From a virus, in the IMG/VR virus record IMGVR_UViG_3300031951_000028: 64,000 bases of DNA, one strand, 5' to 3'. The position numbers and the translations under genes are program-made. Within the stretch, counting starts at the first letter, position 1, and each line of letters opens with the position of its first letter. Shown here piece after piece: positions 8,142-17,378 of this stretch. The notes under the pieces were generated by a model. The model was not told the origin of the DNA and did not search any database. It saw only the letters and a program-made list of their open reading frames with translations.

Positions 8142-9605
8142 ATGAAAGTTTTACCAATTCTATTGTCTGATAGTTATAAACAATTTCATTGGATGATGTA
8201 CCCAAAAGGGATTACTAAACTTTATAGTAATATGACCCCAAGGAATTTTAAGCACTTAAAAACTGATAAGGCTGTTTTTTTTGGATTACAGTATTATGTC
8301 AAAGAATATCTAATGAAGCAGTGGAATGAAAACTTTTTTAATCAACCAAAAGAAAAGGTATTACAAGAGTTTAAGCGATTCCATAAATATTTTAGCAACT
8401 ATGATATGTCAACAGAACATATTGAAAAGTTGCATGATTTAGGTTATCTACCAATTTCCATTAAAGCTCTACCAGAAGGCAGTCTTGTTAAAGAAAAGAT
8501 TCCTTTCTTTACTATAACAAATACCCATCCTGATTTTGCCTGGTTAGTTAATTTCCTTGAAACTCAAATGAGTACTAGTATTTGGGATTGCTGTGTAGTT
8601 GCTACAATAGCATATGAATATAAAAAGATATTAAATAAATGGGCAGACCTTACTTGTGATGATAGAAGTTTTGTACAATGGCAGGGTCATGATTTTTCTC
8701 AAAGAGGAAGAAGTAGCCAAGAAAGTACATTAAATCAGGCTGGGCATCTTTTAAGTTTTACTGGCACTGATACTATTCCTAGCGTATTAATGCTAGAAGA
8801 ATATTATAATGCCAACATGGAAAATGAATTAATTGCCAGTAGCGTGCCAGCAACTGAACATTCAGTTATGACAAGTTATGGTAAAGAAAATGAAATCAAT
8901 GCATTCGAAAGAATTTTAGAACAATTCCCTACTGGGATAGTTTCTGTCGTAAGTGATAGTTTTGATTTGTGGGCAGTGTGTACTGACTTTTGCGTTAAGC
9001 TTAAAGATAAGATATTGAATAGAGATGGAAAGTTAGTTATCCGCCCTGATAGTGGAGATCCTGTTGATATTGTTTGTGGTTTAAATACTACAGATAAAGC
9101 ACATCAATTAGATCATCCTTCATCTAAAGGCGTTGTTGAACTTCTTTGGAATGTTTTCGGTGGAAAAATTAATAGCAAGGGTTATAAAGAATTAGACCCC
9201 CATATTGGTGTTATCTATGGTGATAGTATCAGCAGAGAAAGAGCAGAAGAAATTTGCAAGCGATTAGAACAAAAAGGTTTTGCAAGTAACAATATAGTTT
9301 TTGGTATAGGAAGCTATACTTATAACTATAATACTAGAGATAGTCTTGGGATAGCTGTTAAGAGCACTTATTGTGAAGTAGACGGAATCCCTAGAGAAAT
9401 CTTTAAGGACCCTGTCACCGATGATGGAATCAAAAAGAGCGCAAAGGGTTTGCTTAAAGTTAATAAAGACAATGGAGAATATTCTTTACAAGATATGGTT
9501 TCTCCAGAAGATGAAAAAGGAGGATTCTTAGATACAGTATTCCTGGATGGAAAATTGTTAATAGACCATCGTCTAGGAGATATTAGGTCAAGGTTACAAT
9601 CATAA
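8142..9605 (+). CDS. Nicotinamide phosphoribosyltransferase homologue (Namat-like, NARP1)
   Basis: DSYK, HDFSQRG, GTDT, PATEHSVM, VSDSFD, IRPDSGDP, IYGDSI, KDPVTDDG.KKSAKG. Confidence 0.95.
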   Translation: MKVLPILLSDSYKQFHWMMYPKGITKLYSNMTPRNFKHLKTDKAVFFGLQYYVKEYLMKQWNENFFNQPKEKVLQEFKRFHKYFSNYDMSTEHIEKLHDLGYLPISIKALPEGSLVKEKIPFFTITNTHPDFAWLVNFLETQMSTSIWDCCVVATIAYEYKKILNKWADLTCDDRSFVQWQGHDFSQRGRSSQESTLNQAGHLLSFTGTDTIPSVLMLEEYYNANMENELIASSVPATEHSVMTSYGKENEINAFERILEQFPTGIVSVVSDSFDLWAVCTDFCVKLKDKILNRDGKLVIRPDSGDPVDIVCGLNTTDKAHQLDHPSSKGVVELLWNVFGGKINSKGYKELDPHIGVIYGDSISRERAEEICKRLEQKGFASNNIVFGIGSYTYNYNTRDSLGIAVKSTYCEVDGIPREIFKDPVTDDGIKKSAKGLLKVNKDNGEYSLQDMVSPEDEKGGFLDTVFLDGKLLIDHRLGDIRSRLQS

Positions 9606-9608
9606 GAG

Positions 9609-9824
9609 ATGAATAATATGATTCAATGTGCTATTTGTAAAGCTGAAATACCGCTAGAGCGTCTTGAGTGTGGTTTTAAGACTTGCATAAATTGTTCAAA
9701 TACGAAAAAAGTTGTAGGATTTATGTCGTACGGGCATAAAACTGCTGCTGAAGTTGTAATTATTCCATCTACAGATACTGAGTCTGTAAGACGAGCGAAT
9801 AATGCATTTAATAGAAAGCGTTAA
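9609..9824 (+). CDS. DksA/TraR-type C4 zinc finger protein
   Basis: CAICKAEIPLERL...CINCS matches CxxC..IP..RL....CxxC. Confidence 0.7.
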   Translation: MNNMIQCAICKAEIPLERLECGFKTCINCSNTKKVVGFMSYGHKTAAEVVIIPSTDTESVRRANNAFNRKR

Positions 9825-10100
9825 CGGAGGTTACTATGTCTTACAAGCAAGCATTACAAAATGTTAGTGCTGAAATTTTTGGCATTAGATTTTATCCAGT
9901 GATTCTATCATATGATGATGAATACGTTGCGTATAAAATCTCTTGGCACGCCCGAAATAGAGAAGGTATTTTAACTCCTCAAGTAAGTGAAGAGTTATTT
10001 TATGATGGCGAGCCACAATATGTAGTAGATAATTTTTTCAAAGAGCTTGAAAGAGTTCTATTGGAAGAATTAGATATTTCTTATAATCAGTATAGTATCA

Positions 10101-10508
10101 ATGAAGACCAAGAAATTAATTACACACTGTGAAAATATAGCCTCTGTTAATATTAATAAACATCCTTTATTTTATGATAGTGGAAGAAAATTGCATTTTT
10201 CTTTTATCATAGCTGATGGAGGTATTATTGAATGGGGTTGTAATATGTCTCACGTACCACCAATCCATATGGGATATTCTCAAAGGATTGGGGGGAATGA
10301 GCCAAAACTACATAGTGAACTTGTGGCTTATAATAAATCGAAAGGTTTACTTAAAAATAATTTTGATATAATTAATGTCAGATTTAATAGAGCGGGCCAG
10401 CTTAGAATAAGCATGCCCTGTTCTGTATGTTATTCAATCTTAAAAGGATTGGGTTGTAAAGTTTTTTTCTTCTCAAATGAAGATGGTACTTATGGAAAAA
10501 TTAGATAA
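10101..10508 (+). CDS. Cytidine/deoxycytidylate deaminase-fold protein
   Basis: HSE ... PCSVC zinc-binding signature. Confidence 0.8.
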   Translation: MKTKKLITHCENIASVNINKHPLFYDSGRKLHFSFIIADGGIIEWGCNMSHVPPIHMGYSQRIGGNEPKLHSELVAYNKSKGLLKNNFDIINVRFNRAGQLRISMPCSVCYSILKGLGCKVFFFSNEDGTYGKIR

Positions 10509-11640
10509 ATTTATTAGAAGATTGTGTTTTGAAGAAAGTTTCTTCTCAGCACTTTCAATTCACATTGATAAGCGATTTATCAAAGATGATAAAATTACAG
10601 CTTATGTGGCAGTAAAGAAAGACTCTGATATAGAGTTAGTAATTAACGAAAATTTTTGGGATACCTTAACTGAAGACCAAAAATATGGTATTATCAAACA
10701 TGAGTTGTATCACATCTCTTTTTTCCATTTATTTAAAATGATGGAAAATAAGGCCCTGGATAATATAGCTAAGGATATTGTTGTTAATCAATATATTCCA
10801 GCTAATATGCTTCCTCCCGGTGCGGCTACTATAGAGCAATTTGCTCATCTTAATTTACTACCTCTACAAGATTTCATGACTTATTATAATATTCTGATGC
10901 AAAATCAGGATGATAAGAAAGTTAAGCAATATACTGATGCTTATAATGAAATGGGGGGCGGTGATTTAAGAGAGTGCCAAGATGGTGATGAAGGTGAGCA
11001 GTCTGATGCTAAAAAGTATGGAGAAGCTCAACTAAAGAATAACATGAAGAAAATCTTCAATGATGTTCTTAAACGCAATCGTGGAAAAATTCCTGCCGGT
11101 CTTGAATCTATAATGGATTATGTTAATACTGCTGTTGTAGATGAATTGAATTGGAAAGAAAAGTTAAAGTATTTTGCTTCTGCTGCACGCAGAGTGAAAA
11201 TTCATTTAACACGAAATAAGCTAAATAAACGTCTAGGAATGGATTATCCTGGTACAAATATTAAGCGTAAAACAAAAGTGTTAGTTGCCATAGATACGTC
11301 TGGCTCAGTAGCTGACGAAGAATTAATGAAATTTATGGAACAAGTATACTTAATGAGCAAAACAGACTGCGAAATAACAATCGTAGAATGTGATGCTAAA
11401 ATGTATGAGCCTTGGTTATTTAATAAAAAACGTAAAATTAAGTTTAAAGGACGAGGTGGAACTTCTTTTGACCCTGTATTAGAATATTTTAACAAAGAAC
11501 CTTATAATGGCCTAATCTATTTCACAGATGGTTATTGTAGCACTAGCATTTCTACAAATAAGAAAATTTTGTGGGTTGTGACTAGTGGTGGAACAATGGA
11601 ATTTCAAGCTCCCGGCAATAAAGTACAGATTAAGAATTAA
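10492..11640 (+). CDS. Metallopeptidase-like (HExxH) + VWA domain protein, DUF2201-type, copy 1
   Basis: KHELYH, NIAKDIVVNQ, IDTSGS MIDAS, ECDA, GRGGTSF, YFTDG. Confidence 0.9.
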   Translation: MEKLDKFIRRLCFEESFFSALSIHIDKRFIKDDKITAYVAVKKDSDIELVINENFWDTLTEDQKYGIIKHELYHISFFHLFKMMENKALDNIAKDIVVNQYIPANMLPPGAATIEQFAHLNLLPLQDFMTYYNILMQNQDDKKVKQYTDAYNEMGGGDLRECQDGDEGEQSDAKKYGEAQLKNNMKKIFNDVLKRNRGKIPAGLESIMDYVNTAVVDELNWKEKLKYFASAARRVKIHLTRNKLNKRLGMDYPGTNIKRKTKVLVAIDTSGSVADEELMKFMEQVYLMSKTDCEITIVECDAKMYEPWLFNKKRKIKFKGRGGTSFDPVLEYFNKEPYNGLIYFTDGYCSTSISTNKKILWVVTSGGTMEFQAPGNKVQIKN

Positions 11641-11665
11641 GTTTTTTAAAAAAAGGATAATAATT

Positions 11666-12808
11666 ATGAGTTCTTCGAAAGATATCCAAAATACTTTGAC
11701 TTACGTTTTCAATAATAATAAGGAGTTGGCAAAAAAGAATCGCCCACCAGTAGCACTAGAAATTATCGGTCCTGCTGGTATTGGTAAGACTAGCGTGATT
11801 ATTGATTTTTGCAAGTATAACTCTCTTGATTATGCTAAGATTAACTTAGCTCAAATGGATGAGTTGGCAGAACTTATTGGTTGGCAAGTTCGTGAATTCA
11901 AGACTGTTGATGGTGAATGGATTAACGAAAAGCAAACTGAAAATAATAAAGTTAAGTTGACTAACGAAACTCGTACTTCTTGGTGTCCTCCTAAATGGGT
12001 TCCTACTGATACTAAGGGTGGCGTACTAATTCTTGACGACTGGAATCGTGCTGACCCACGATTTACTCAAGCTGTTATGGAGTTGATTGACCGTGGAGAA
12101 TATGTTTCTTGGAAAATGCCACAGAATTGGACTATTGTATTAACGAGTAATCCTGATAATGGTGATTACTCTGTTAATACTGTTGACCCTGCTCAACGCA
12201 CTCGTTATTTGACTGTCGAAATGTCTTTCAACCACAAAGAATGGGCTACTTGGGCTGAATTTAATAATATTGATTCGCGTTGTATCAATTTCGTATTGAT
12301 GAATCCAGAAATCATTAATAATAAGAAGGTAAATCCTCGTGCAGCTACAAAGTTCTTCGATGTGATTTCTTCTATTAAAGACTTTTCTGATAATTTAGAT
12401 TTCATTTCTACTATTGGTCATGGATTAGGTGAAGAATTTACTACCTGTTTCATTTTGGCAGTTCAAAACCGCCAAGATAAAATCATTGATATCTCTGATA
12501 TCTTTGCACTGGATTTCCCATCTGTAAAGAATCAAATGAATGATTGTACTGGTTTTGGTAGTAAGAAGTATAAGAGCAGTGTTGGTGCAACTATTATTAC
12601 TCGTATGGTGAACTACCTTGCAAAACTTAATGTTGAAGGTAAGATTACTAAGAGTCATTATAATCGTTTGCGTGAATTTTGTGACACCGCTCTACTTCCA
12701 AAGGAAAATTATTCTTATCTTTTGAAGGAAATTGCAACCATTGATAATCCAATCACTGATGCAATTTATAAGTCTAACGACACGGTCTTTACTCAATATA
12801 TTCACTAA
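11666..12808 (+). CDS. MoxR-like AAA+ ATPase, copy 1
   Basis: Walker A GPAGIGKT, Walker B LILDDWNRAD, LTSNP; start placed after AAGGA SD. Confidence 0.9.
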   Translation: MSSSKDIQNTLTYVFNNNKELAKKNRPPVALEIIGPAGIGKTSVIIDFCKYNSLDYAKINLAQMDELAELIGWQVREFKTVDGEWINEKQTENNKVKLTNETRTSWCPPKWVPTDTKGGVLILDDWNRADPRFTQAVMELIDRGEYVSWKMPQNWTIVLTSNPDNGDYSVNTVDPAQRTRYLTVEMSFNHKEWATWAEFNNIDSRCINFVLMNPEIINNKKVNPRAATKFFDVISSIKDFSDNLDFISTIGHGLGEEFTTCFILAVQNRQDKIIDISDIFALDFPSVKNQMNDCTGFGSKKYKSSVGATIITRMVNYLAKLNVEGKITKSHYNRLREFCDTALLPKENYSYLLKEIATIDNPITDAIYKSNDTVFTQYIH

Positions 12809-12868
12809 TTTTTGAATTTAATTTTATTTTTTTTATTTTTTTTATTTTTTGCTACGAGGATAATATAT

Positions 12869-13219
12869 ATGTCTACTTCTACTATTCATGATTTGCGGCG
12901 TGCTGGTTACAAAGTTCATGTTGACCATTACCGATATTTTATCGAAGATGTAACTTGTGATTATATCTTTACTGATAAAATCAGGAAGCGTACTAAGACC
13001 CATAAGATTCCAGTGCTAAAGAAATATAGTATGTCAACTATTACGAAAGATCGTAAGAAAGATGTGTTCGCACGCGGAGGTGAAACTGTTGTAACTATTA
13101 CAACTAATGCTGGTACTTTTAGTAGCAATGTTCATTGTTCAATTGATGATAATTATAATAAAAAGGAAGGTGCAAGTCAAGCTCTAACCAAGCTTCTCGC
13201 TGCCATAAAGTTATCATAA
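12869..13219 (+). CDS. Hypothetical phage protein with C-terminal CS.DD.YNKK.G..AL motif
   Basis: GAGGA SD; motif familiar from small phage proteins. Confidence 0.7.
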   Translation: MSTSTIHDLRRAGYKVHVDHYRYFIEDVTCDYIFTDKIRKRTKTHKIPVLKKYSMSTITKDRKKDVFARGGETVVTITTNAGTFSSNVHCSIDDNYNKKEGASQALTKLLAAIKLS

Positions 13220-13234
13220 CATGACTCTACAAGA
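13218..13234 (+). repeat. 17-nt dispersed repeat, copy 2; also starts a 27-aa hydrophobic ORF (13221-13304) coupled to the next gene
   Basis: AACATGACTCTACAAGA; the ORF MTLQDVFYISALITLCINILFNKKDYQ ends in an ATGA overlap with 13301. Confidence 0.6.
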
Positions 13235-13300
13235 CGTTTTTTATATCTCCGCCCTTATTACTTTATGCATCAATATTTTATTCAATAAAAAGGATTATCA

Positions 13301-14164
13301 ATGAGTATTTTTAAACCAGAGCTAAACAAAACATATTTTGTTAACAAAGATATTACCAGTCTATTTACTTATGTTGAAAATCAGCGTAAGACTAAGACCC
13401 AAAAAGTTTTACTTAAAGGACCTCATGGTGCTGGTAAAACTGAAATGGCGATGCATTATGCTGCTGTAAATAAGCTACCAATGCTAATTATGGATTGTGC
13501 TAATTTGCGTGAGCCAAGAGATTGGTTTGGATATAAGAAGATTGAGAAGTCTAAGATTGTTTGGCATGAAAGTCAATTTGATAAGACTTTAGGCGAAGGT
13601 AATGTTGTTGTATTATTGGATGAGATTAATCGTGTACATCCAAGTATTCTGAATACTCTACTCCCATTGCTAGATAATCGTGGATTCACGTATCTAGAAG
13701 AAAAAGGTTCTAATATTGTTGTTGGACCTGGAGTTGTATTTTTTGCTACTATGAATGAAGGGGCTGTTTATACTGGCACTACTTCTATTGACGTTGCTTT
13801 AAAAGATAGATTTCCTCGTATTATCGAAGTAAAATATCTGGAAGCTGACAAGGAAGTAGAATTGTTAGTTAAACGCACTGGTATAGAGCAAGATGATGCC
13901 ACAAGTCTAGTACATATTGCTAACCAAATTAGAGAAAAAAGCTCTGGTATTTCTTCATCTTTTTCTAATACTATGTCTACTCGTCAACTATTAGCTGCGG
14001 CTGAAGATTTTGTTGATGGTGGAGTTGATAGTTTAACATTTACTATTACTAATTTGTTCTCACCAGAAGGTGGAACATCTAGCGAACGAGCCTCTGTATT
14101 ACAATTAATACAAGGTAAGTTTGGTGGAGTGCGTTCTAAGGCTAAGTCTCGTCTAAGTAAGTGA
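13301..14164 (+). CDS. CbbQ/NirQ/CobS-type AAA+ ATPase
   Basis: GPHGAGKT, LLDEINR, ATMN.G..Y.GT...D.AL.DRF, STR.L. Confidence 0.9.
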   Translation: MSIFKPELNKTYFVNKDITSLFTYVENQRKTKTQKVLLKGPHGAGKTEMAMHYAAVNKLPMLIMDCANLREPRDWFGYKKIEKSKIVWHESQFDKTLGEGNVVVLLDEINRVHPSILNTLLPLLDNRGFTYLEEKGSNIVVGPGVVFFATMNEGAVYTGTTSIDVALKDRFPRIIEVKYLEADKEVELLVKRTGIEQDDATSLVHIANQIREKSSGISSSFSNTMSTRQLLAAAEDFVDGGVDSLTFTITNLFSPEGGTSSERASVLQLIQGKFGGVRSKAKSRLSK

Positions 14165-14168
14165 AAAA

Positions 14169-15959
14169 ATGTCTAAGAATTATAAAAAAAAGTGGTGGTA
14201 CGATAAGTACGACTTTGATGATGAATTTTATAAGAAAGAACAAAAAAAAGATGATGATTTTAGCTCATCTTCTTGGTGGAAAACATCTTATAAGAATCCA
14301 ACCAAAAGTTGGATGTCTAAATTAGGTGGCTACACTTATTCTTTTGGAGAATCTTCTGATGAGAAGTATCATAAAGTATTAAAACAATTACAAACATCAA
14401 TTAATATTATTAATAATAATGATATTGTTGTAAAATGGAGTGATAATACTAACAAAAATAAACATGATGATAATATTGTTTATTTGTCGCCTAATAATTT
14501 ATTAAAAGGTGGAGAAATAGATGATAATGAAATTGATGTTCTTACTGGAGAAGTTTATTTATCTAGAATGATTAAAGAGCAATCTAATAAAGACTATGAT
14601 GCAAAAAAAACTGTGTCTGAGTCAGCTTTATGGAAAGCTCTTGAGATAAATATCGCTAAAACTAATCTTGAAAAAGATTGGCCTGGTTTTATTCCTAATG
14701 TTTTGAAAAATTTAGATAATAAAAACTGTGATAAAACAAAAGTTGAAAATGTTTTAAATGCAGAAACAGTATCTATAGAAGCTATAACATCAGGTTTAAG
14801 CTGGAATTTAGTTAATCCTCATGATATGGTAGAAATACCAGAAAAATATAATGCTTGTTTAGATGCGGCGTCAGAAATATTAGCGGATGATAAAGTCGAG
14901 TATAATAGATTAGACGCTTGTAAACAAATTATAAAAAAGATTAAAGAAATTCTTGGTGTAGATGAAGATTTTGAAAAAGATTTACCTGCCCCAAAATTAG
15001 AAAGATTGTTTGGTGAAGAAAGAATATCTAATACTATTGGAGAAGGATTAAAAAATCAATCTGCTGAATCTAAAACGGATGATTTAGGTTCGCCAAAAGT
15101 TGAAGGAACTTTGGCTAAACAAGAATTATATGCTCATTTTACTTTAATGAAAAATAGAAGAATAGGCATATATGAAAAACAGGCTAGAGAATTAACAAAT
15201 CAAATTAATCATATCAAAAATAATTTGATGTTTATGGATAATAAAATGCACAATCATTCTTTTGGGCATTTATCTGGAGATATAGATGAAAATTCTCTTT
15301 TTAAAATTAAATTAAAAGATGAAAGATTAATGTCTAGACCAGATATTTTATCTAGAAAGCAGAATGCATTTTGCTTTTTATTAGATGAAAGTGGTTCAAT
15401 GGGTTGTGATAATAGAATTAGTGAAGCGCGAAAAGTATTAATTACATTAACAGAGGCGTTAAAAGATAAATTTAATATTTCTGTTTATGGGCATACTGCA
15501 GAAGGTAACGCTCCTGATGGACGTTTTATTCGCGGCACTATAATTAATGAATATTATTCTCCAAGAAATTCTGATTATAAAAGTATAATTGAAGCAAAAG
15601 CAAGACACCAAAATTTTGATGGTATGGCCATTAAACAATGTGGAAAAAGGCTTTTGCAAGATTATCCAGAATCTAGAAAAATCTTATTCCATATAGCAGA
15701 TGGTAAACCATATACTAACTATATGTATGGAGAAAAAGCAGAACAATATGTAAAAGAAGTATCTGATGAATTAAAAAAGAAAGGTGTTGAAGTTTATTGT
15801 ATAGGTATTTGTAACGCCTTCCATCGAACAGAAGGTGAAAAAATGTACGGAAAAGATCGTTTCGTTATAATAAACGATGTCGCTTCATCCGTAGGTATTT
15901 TATCAAGATTTATTCAACAAATTTGCAACAAGAGTATAGCCGCTTATGTACAAAGTTAA
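14169..15959 (+). CDS. CobT/NorD-like VWA domain protein
   Basis: SGDID, LLDESGSM (MIDAS), NFDG.AI, IADGKP; partner of the upstream AAA+. Confidence 0.85.
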   Translation: MSKNYKKKWWYDKYDFDDEFYKKEQKKDDDFSSSSWWKTSYKNPTKSWMSKLGGYTYSFGESSDEKYHKVLKQLQTSINIINNNDIVVKWSDNTNKNKHDDNIVYLSPNNLLKGGEIDDNEIDVLTGEVYLSRMIKEQSNKDYDAKKTVSESALWKALEINIAKTNLEKDWPGFIPNVLKNLDNKNCDKTKVENVLNAETVSIEAITSGLSWNLVNPHDMVEIPEKYNACLDAASEILADDKVEYNRLDACKQIIKKIKEILGVDEDFEKDLPAPKLERLFGEERISNTIGEGLKNQSAESKTDDLGSPKVEGTLAKQELYAHFTLMKNRRIGIYEKQARELTNQINHIKNNLMFMDNKMHNHSFGHLSGDIDENSLFKIKLKDERLMSRPDILSRKQNAFCFLLDESGSMGCDNRISEARKVLITLTEALKDKFNISVYGHTAEGNAPDGRFIRGTIINEYYSPRNSDYKSIIEAKARHQNFDGMAIKQCGKRLLQDYPESRKILFHIADGKPYTNYMYGEKAEQYVKEVSDELKKKGVEVYCIGICNAFHRTEGEKMYGKDRFVIINDVASSVGILSRFIQQICNKSIAAYVQS

Positions 15960-16562
15960 AATATTAAATCCTTTAAAATTTAAAAAGATAATTAATAAAG
16001 CGATTTTAATATCTAAAACTTTAGACGAAGTAAGATTCTTTTATAAGAATGAATTTTATTTAAGCGTCTTACCAGATGGTTATATTCTAGATGTAAAAGA
16101 TAAAACTTTTTCGATATCTAAAAATTTAGATTATTATATTGCTTACAATGGTTCTAAAGAAGATTTTCAACATTTCATTAACATAGTGAGAAAAGAATAT
16201 GCACCCAGAAAATTGGCCTAACTCGATTAAGGAAAGCGAATATTTTTGCATTTCTGATTTAAGTTCTGAAGTTTCAACTCCAGTAGACCAAGCGCATGTA
16301 ATGGATTTATTCAAGTATGTTGGATATCCATTTAAGTTTGAAGGATTTTATGCTGGTAGTATGATTTTGGCCTCTGATAAGAAAGGTCCTCTTCCAATTA
16401 AGCTAAAGTATATTGAACGAGTGACAAAAATTTCTAATGAAGAAGTTGAAAAATTCTTTAACTGCATGAATTCTGCTCAGGATGATACTGTTGATAAGTT
16501 GAAAGGCTTATTTTCAAAGATGGTTAATCCTCAAGAACCTCCAAAAGAAGAAGGAAGCGAAG

Positions 16563-17378
16563 ATGATACTATACAAGGATAGATTGTTCTTTACAATTCC
16601 TCCAAAAGAATCTGAAATTGGTTTGACTTCTAATCATTTCTATTTTGTGAAAGGTACTGTTGGATGCCGCGAAACCCATAAGCATTTATATAGCAAATAT
16701 ATGATTAAAGAAGTAGAAAATATTATAAATGCAGATATGATTGTTATGGAGTGGCCATCATTTAAGTCTCATCATATAGATGTTAAAACAGATGATTTTA
16801 AAATGATTGAAAAATTCTATGCTATAGAACATAGCAAATTATATTTTCATGAAGTAGAAAAAATTTGGAAAGAATTTTTTGATAAACCAAAAATAAGTAT
16901 AAATACTTTTTTATCTTATTTTTTATCTGACAGAGAAGAATTGACTAAAGATACTTTTTTAGATTTGTATAATAAATGTTTACGCTGTTCTACTCCTGAA
17001 TCACTAAATGTTTTATTATCTAAAATTGTAAATATAGATATTAAATATAAACATTTAATAGGCTGTCTTAATTTTGCTATTGATAGTTCTTCTTGTGGAA
17101 GATATGGGGCGTCAGGTAATACTTTCTTTAGAAAGAGCGCTCACTCAAATATAAGGAGACTTTCTCCATGGCATTTGTTTAACGCCTATCATAATGAAGA
17201 ATTCGCTCAAGAAGAAAACAATATCATTGAACAAATTTTAAATAATGATAAAGATTTCTTTCTAGAGGAACTAGAGCTTAAAAAGAGATATCCGCATTTA
17301 GAATTGAGTATTTCTAAAAAGAAAAAAATGGAAGTGGAACAACCAATAGCCGCTTCTACTTCATGGGGTGATTTTTAA
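16563..17378 (+). CDS. Hypothetical protein with putative BRCT-like N-terminal module
   Basis: YFVKG....RE...Y.IK.V..I.NADMIV aligns by eye with 19968-20774. Confidence 0.55.
   Translation: MILYKDRLFFTIPPKESEIGLTSNHFYFVKGTVGCRETHKHLYSKYMIKEVENIINADMIVMEWPSFKSHHIDVKTDDFKMIEKFYAIEHSKLYFHEVEKIWKEFFDKPKISINTFLSYFLSDREELTKDTFLDLYNKCLRCSTPESLNVLLSKIVNIDIKYKHLIGCLNFAIDSSSCGRYGASGNTFFRKSAHSNIRRLSPWHLFNAYHNEEFAQEENNIIEQILNNDKDFFLEELELKKRYPHLELSISKKKKMEVEQPIAASTSWGDF

Noticed and set aside
7263-9605. NARP2 (NAMPT + NMNAT)
   Set aside because: The partner gene is a PRPP-synthetase homologue; no NMNAT is recognisable in the window.
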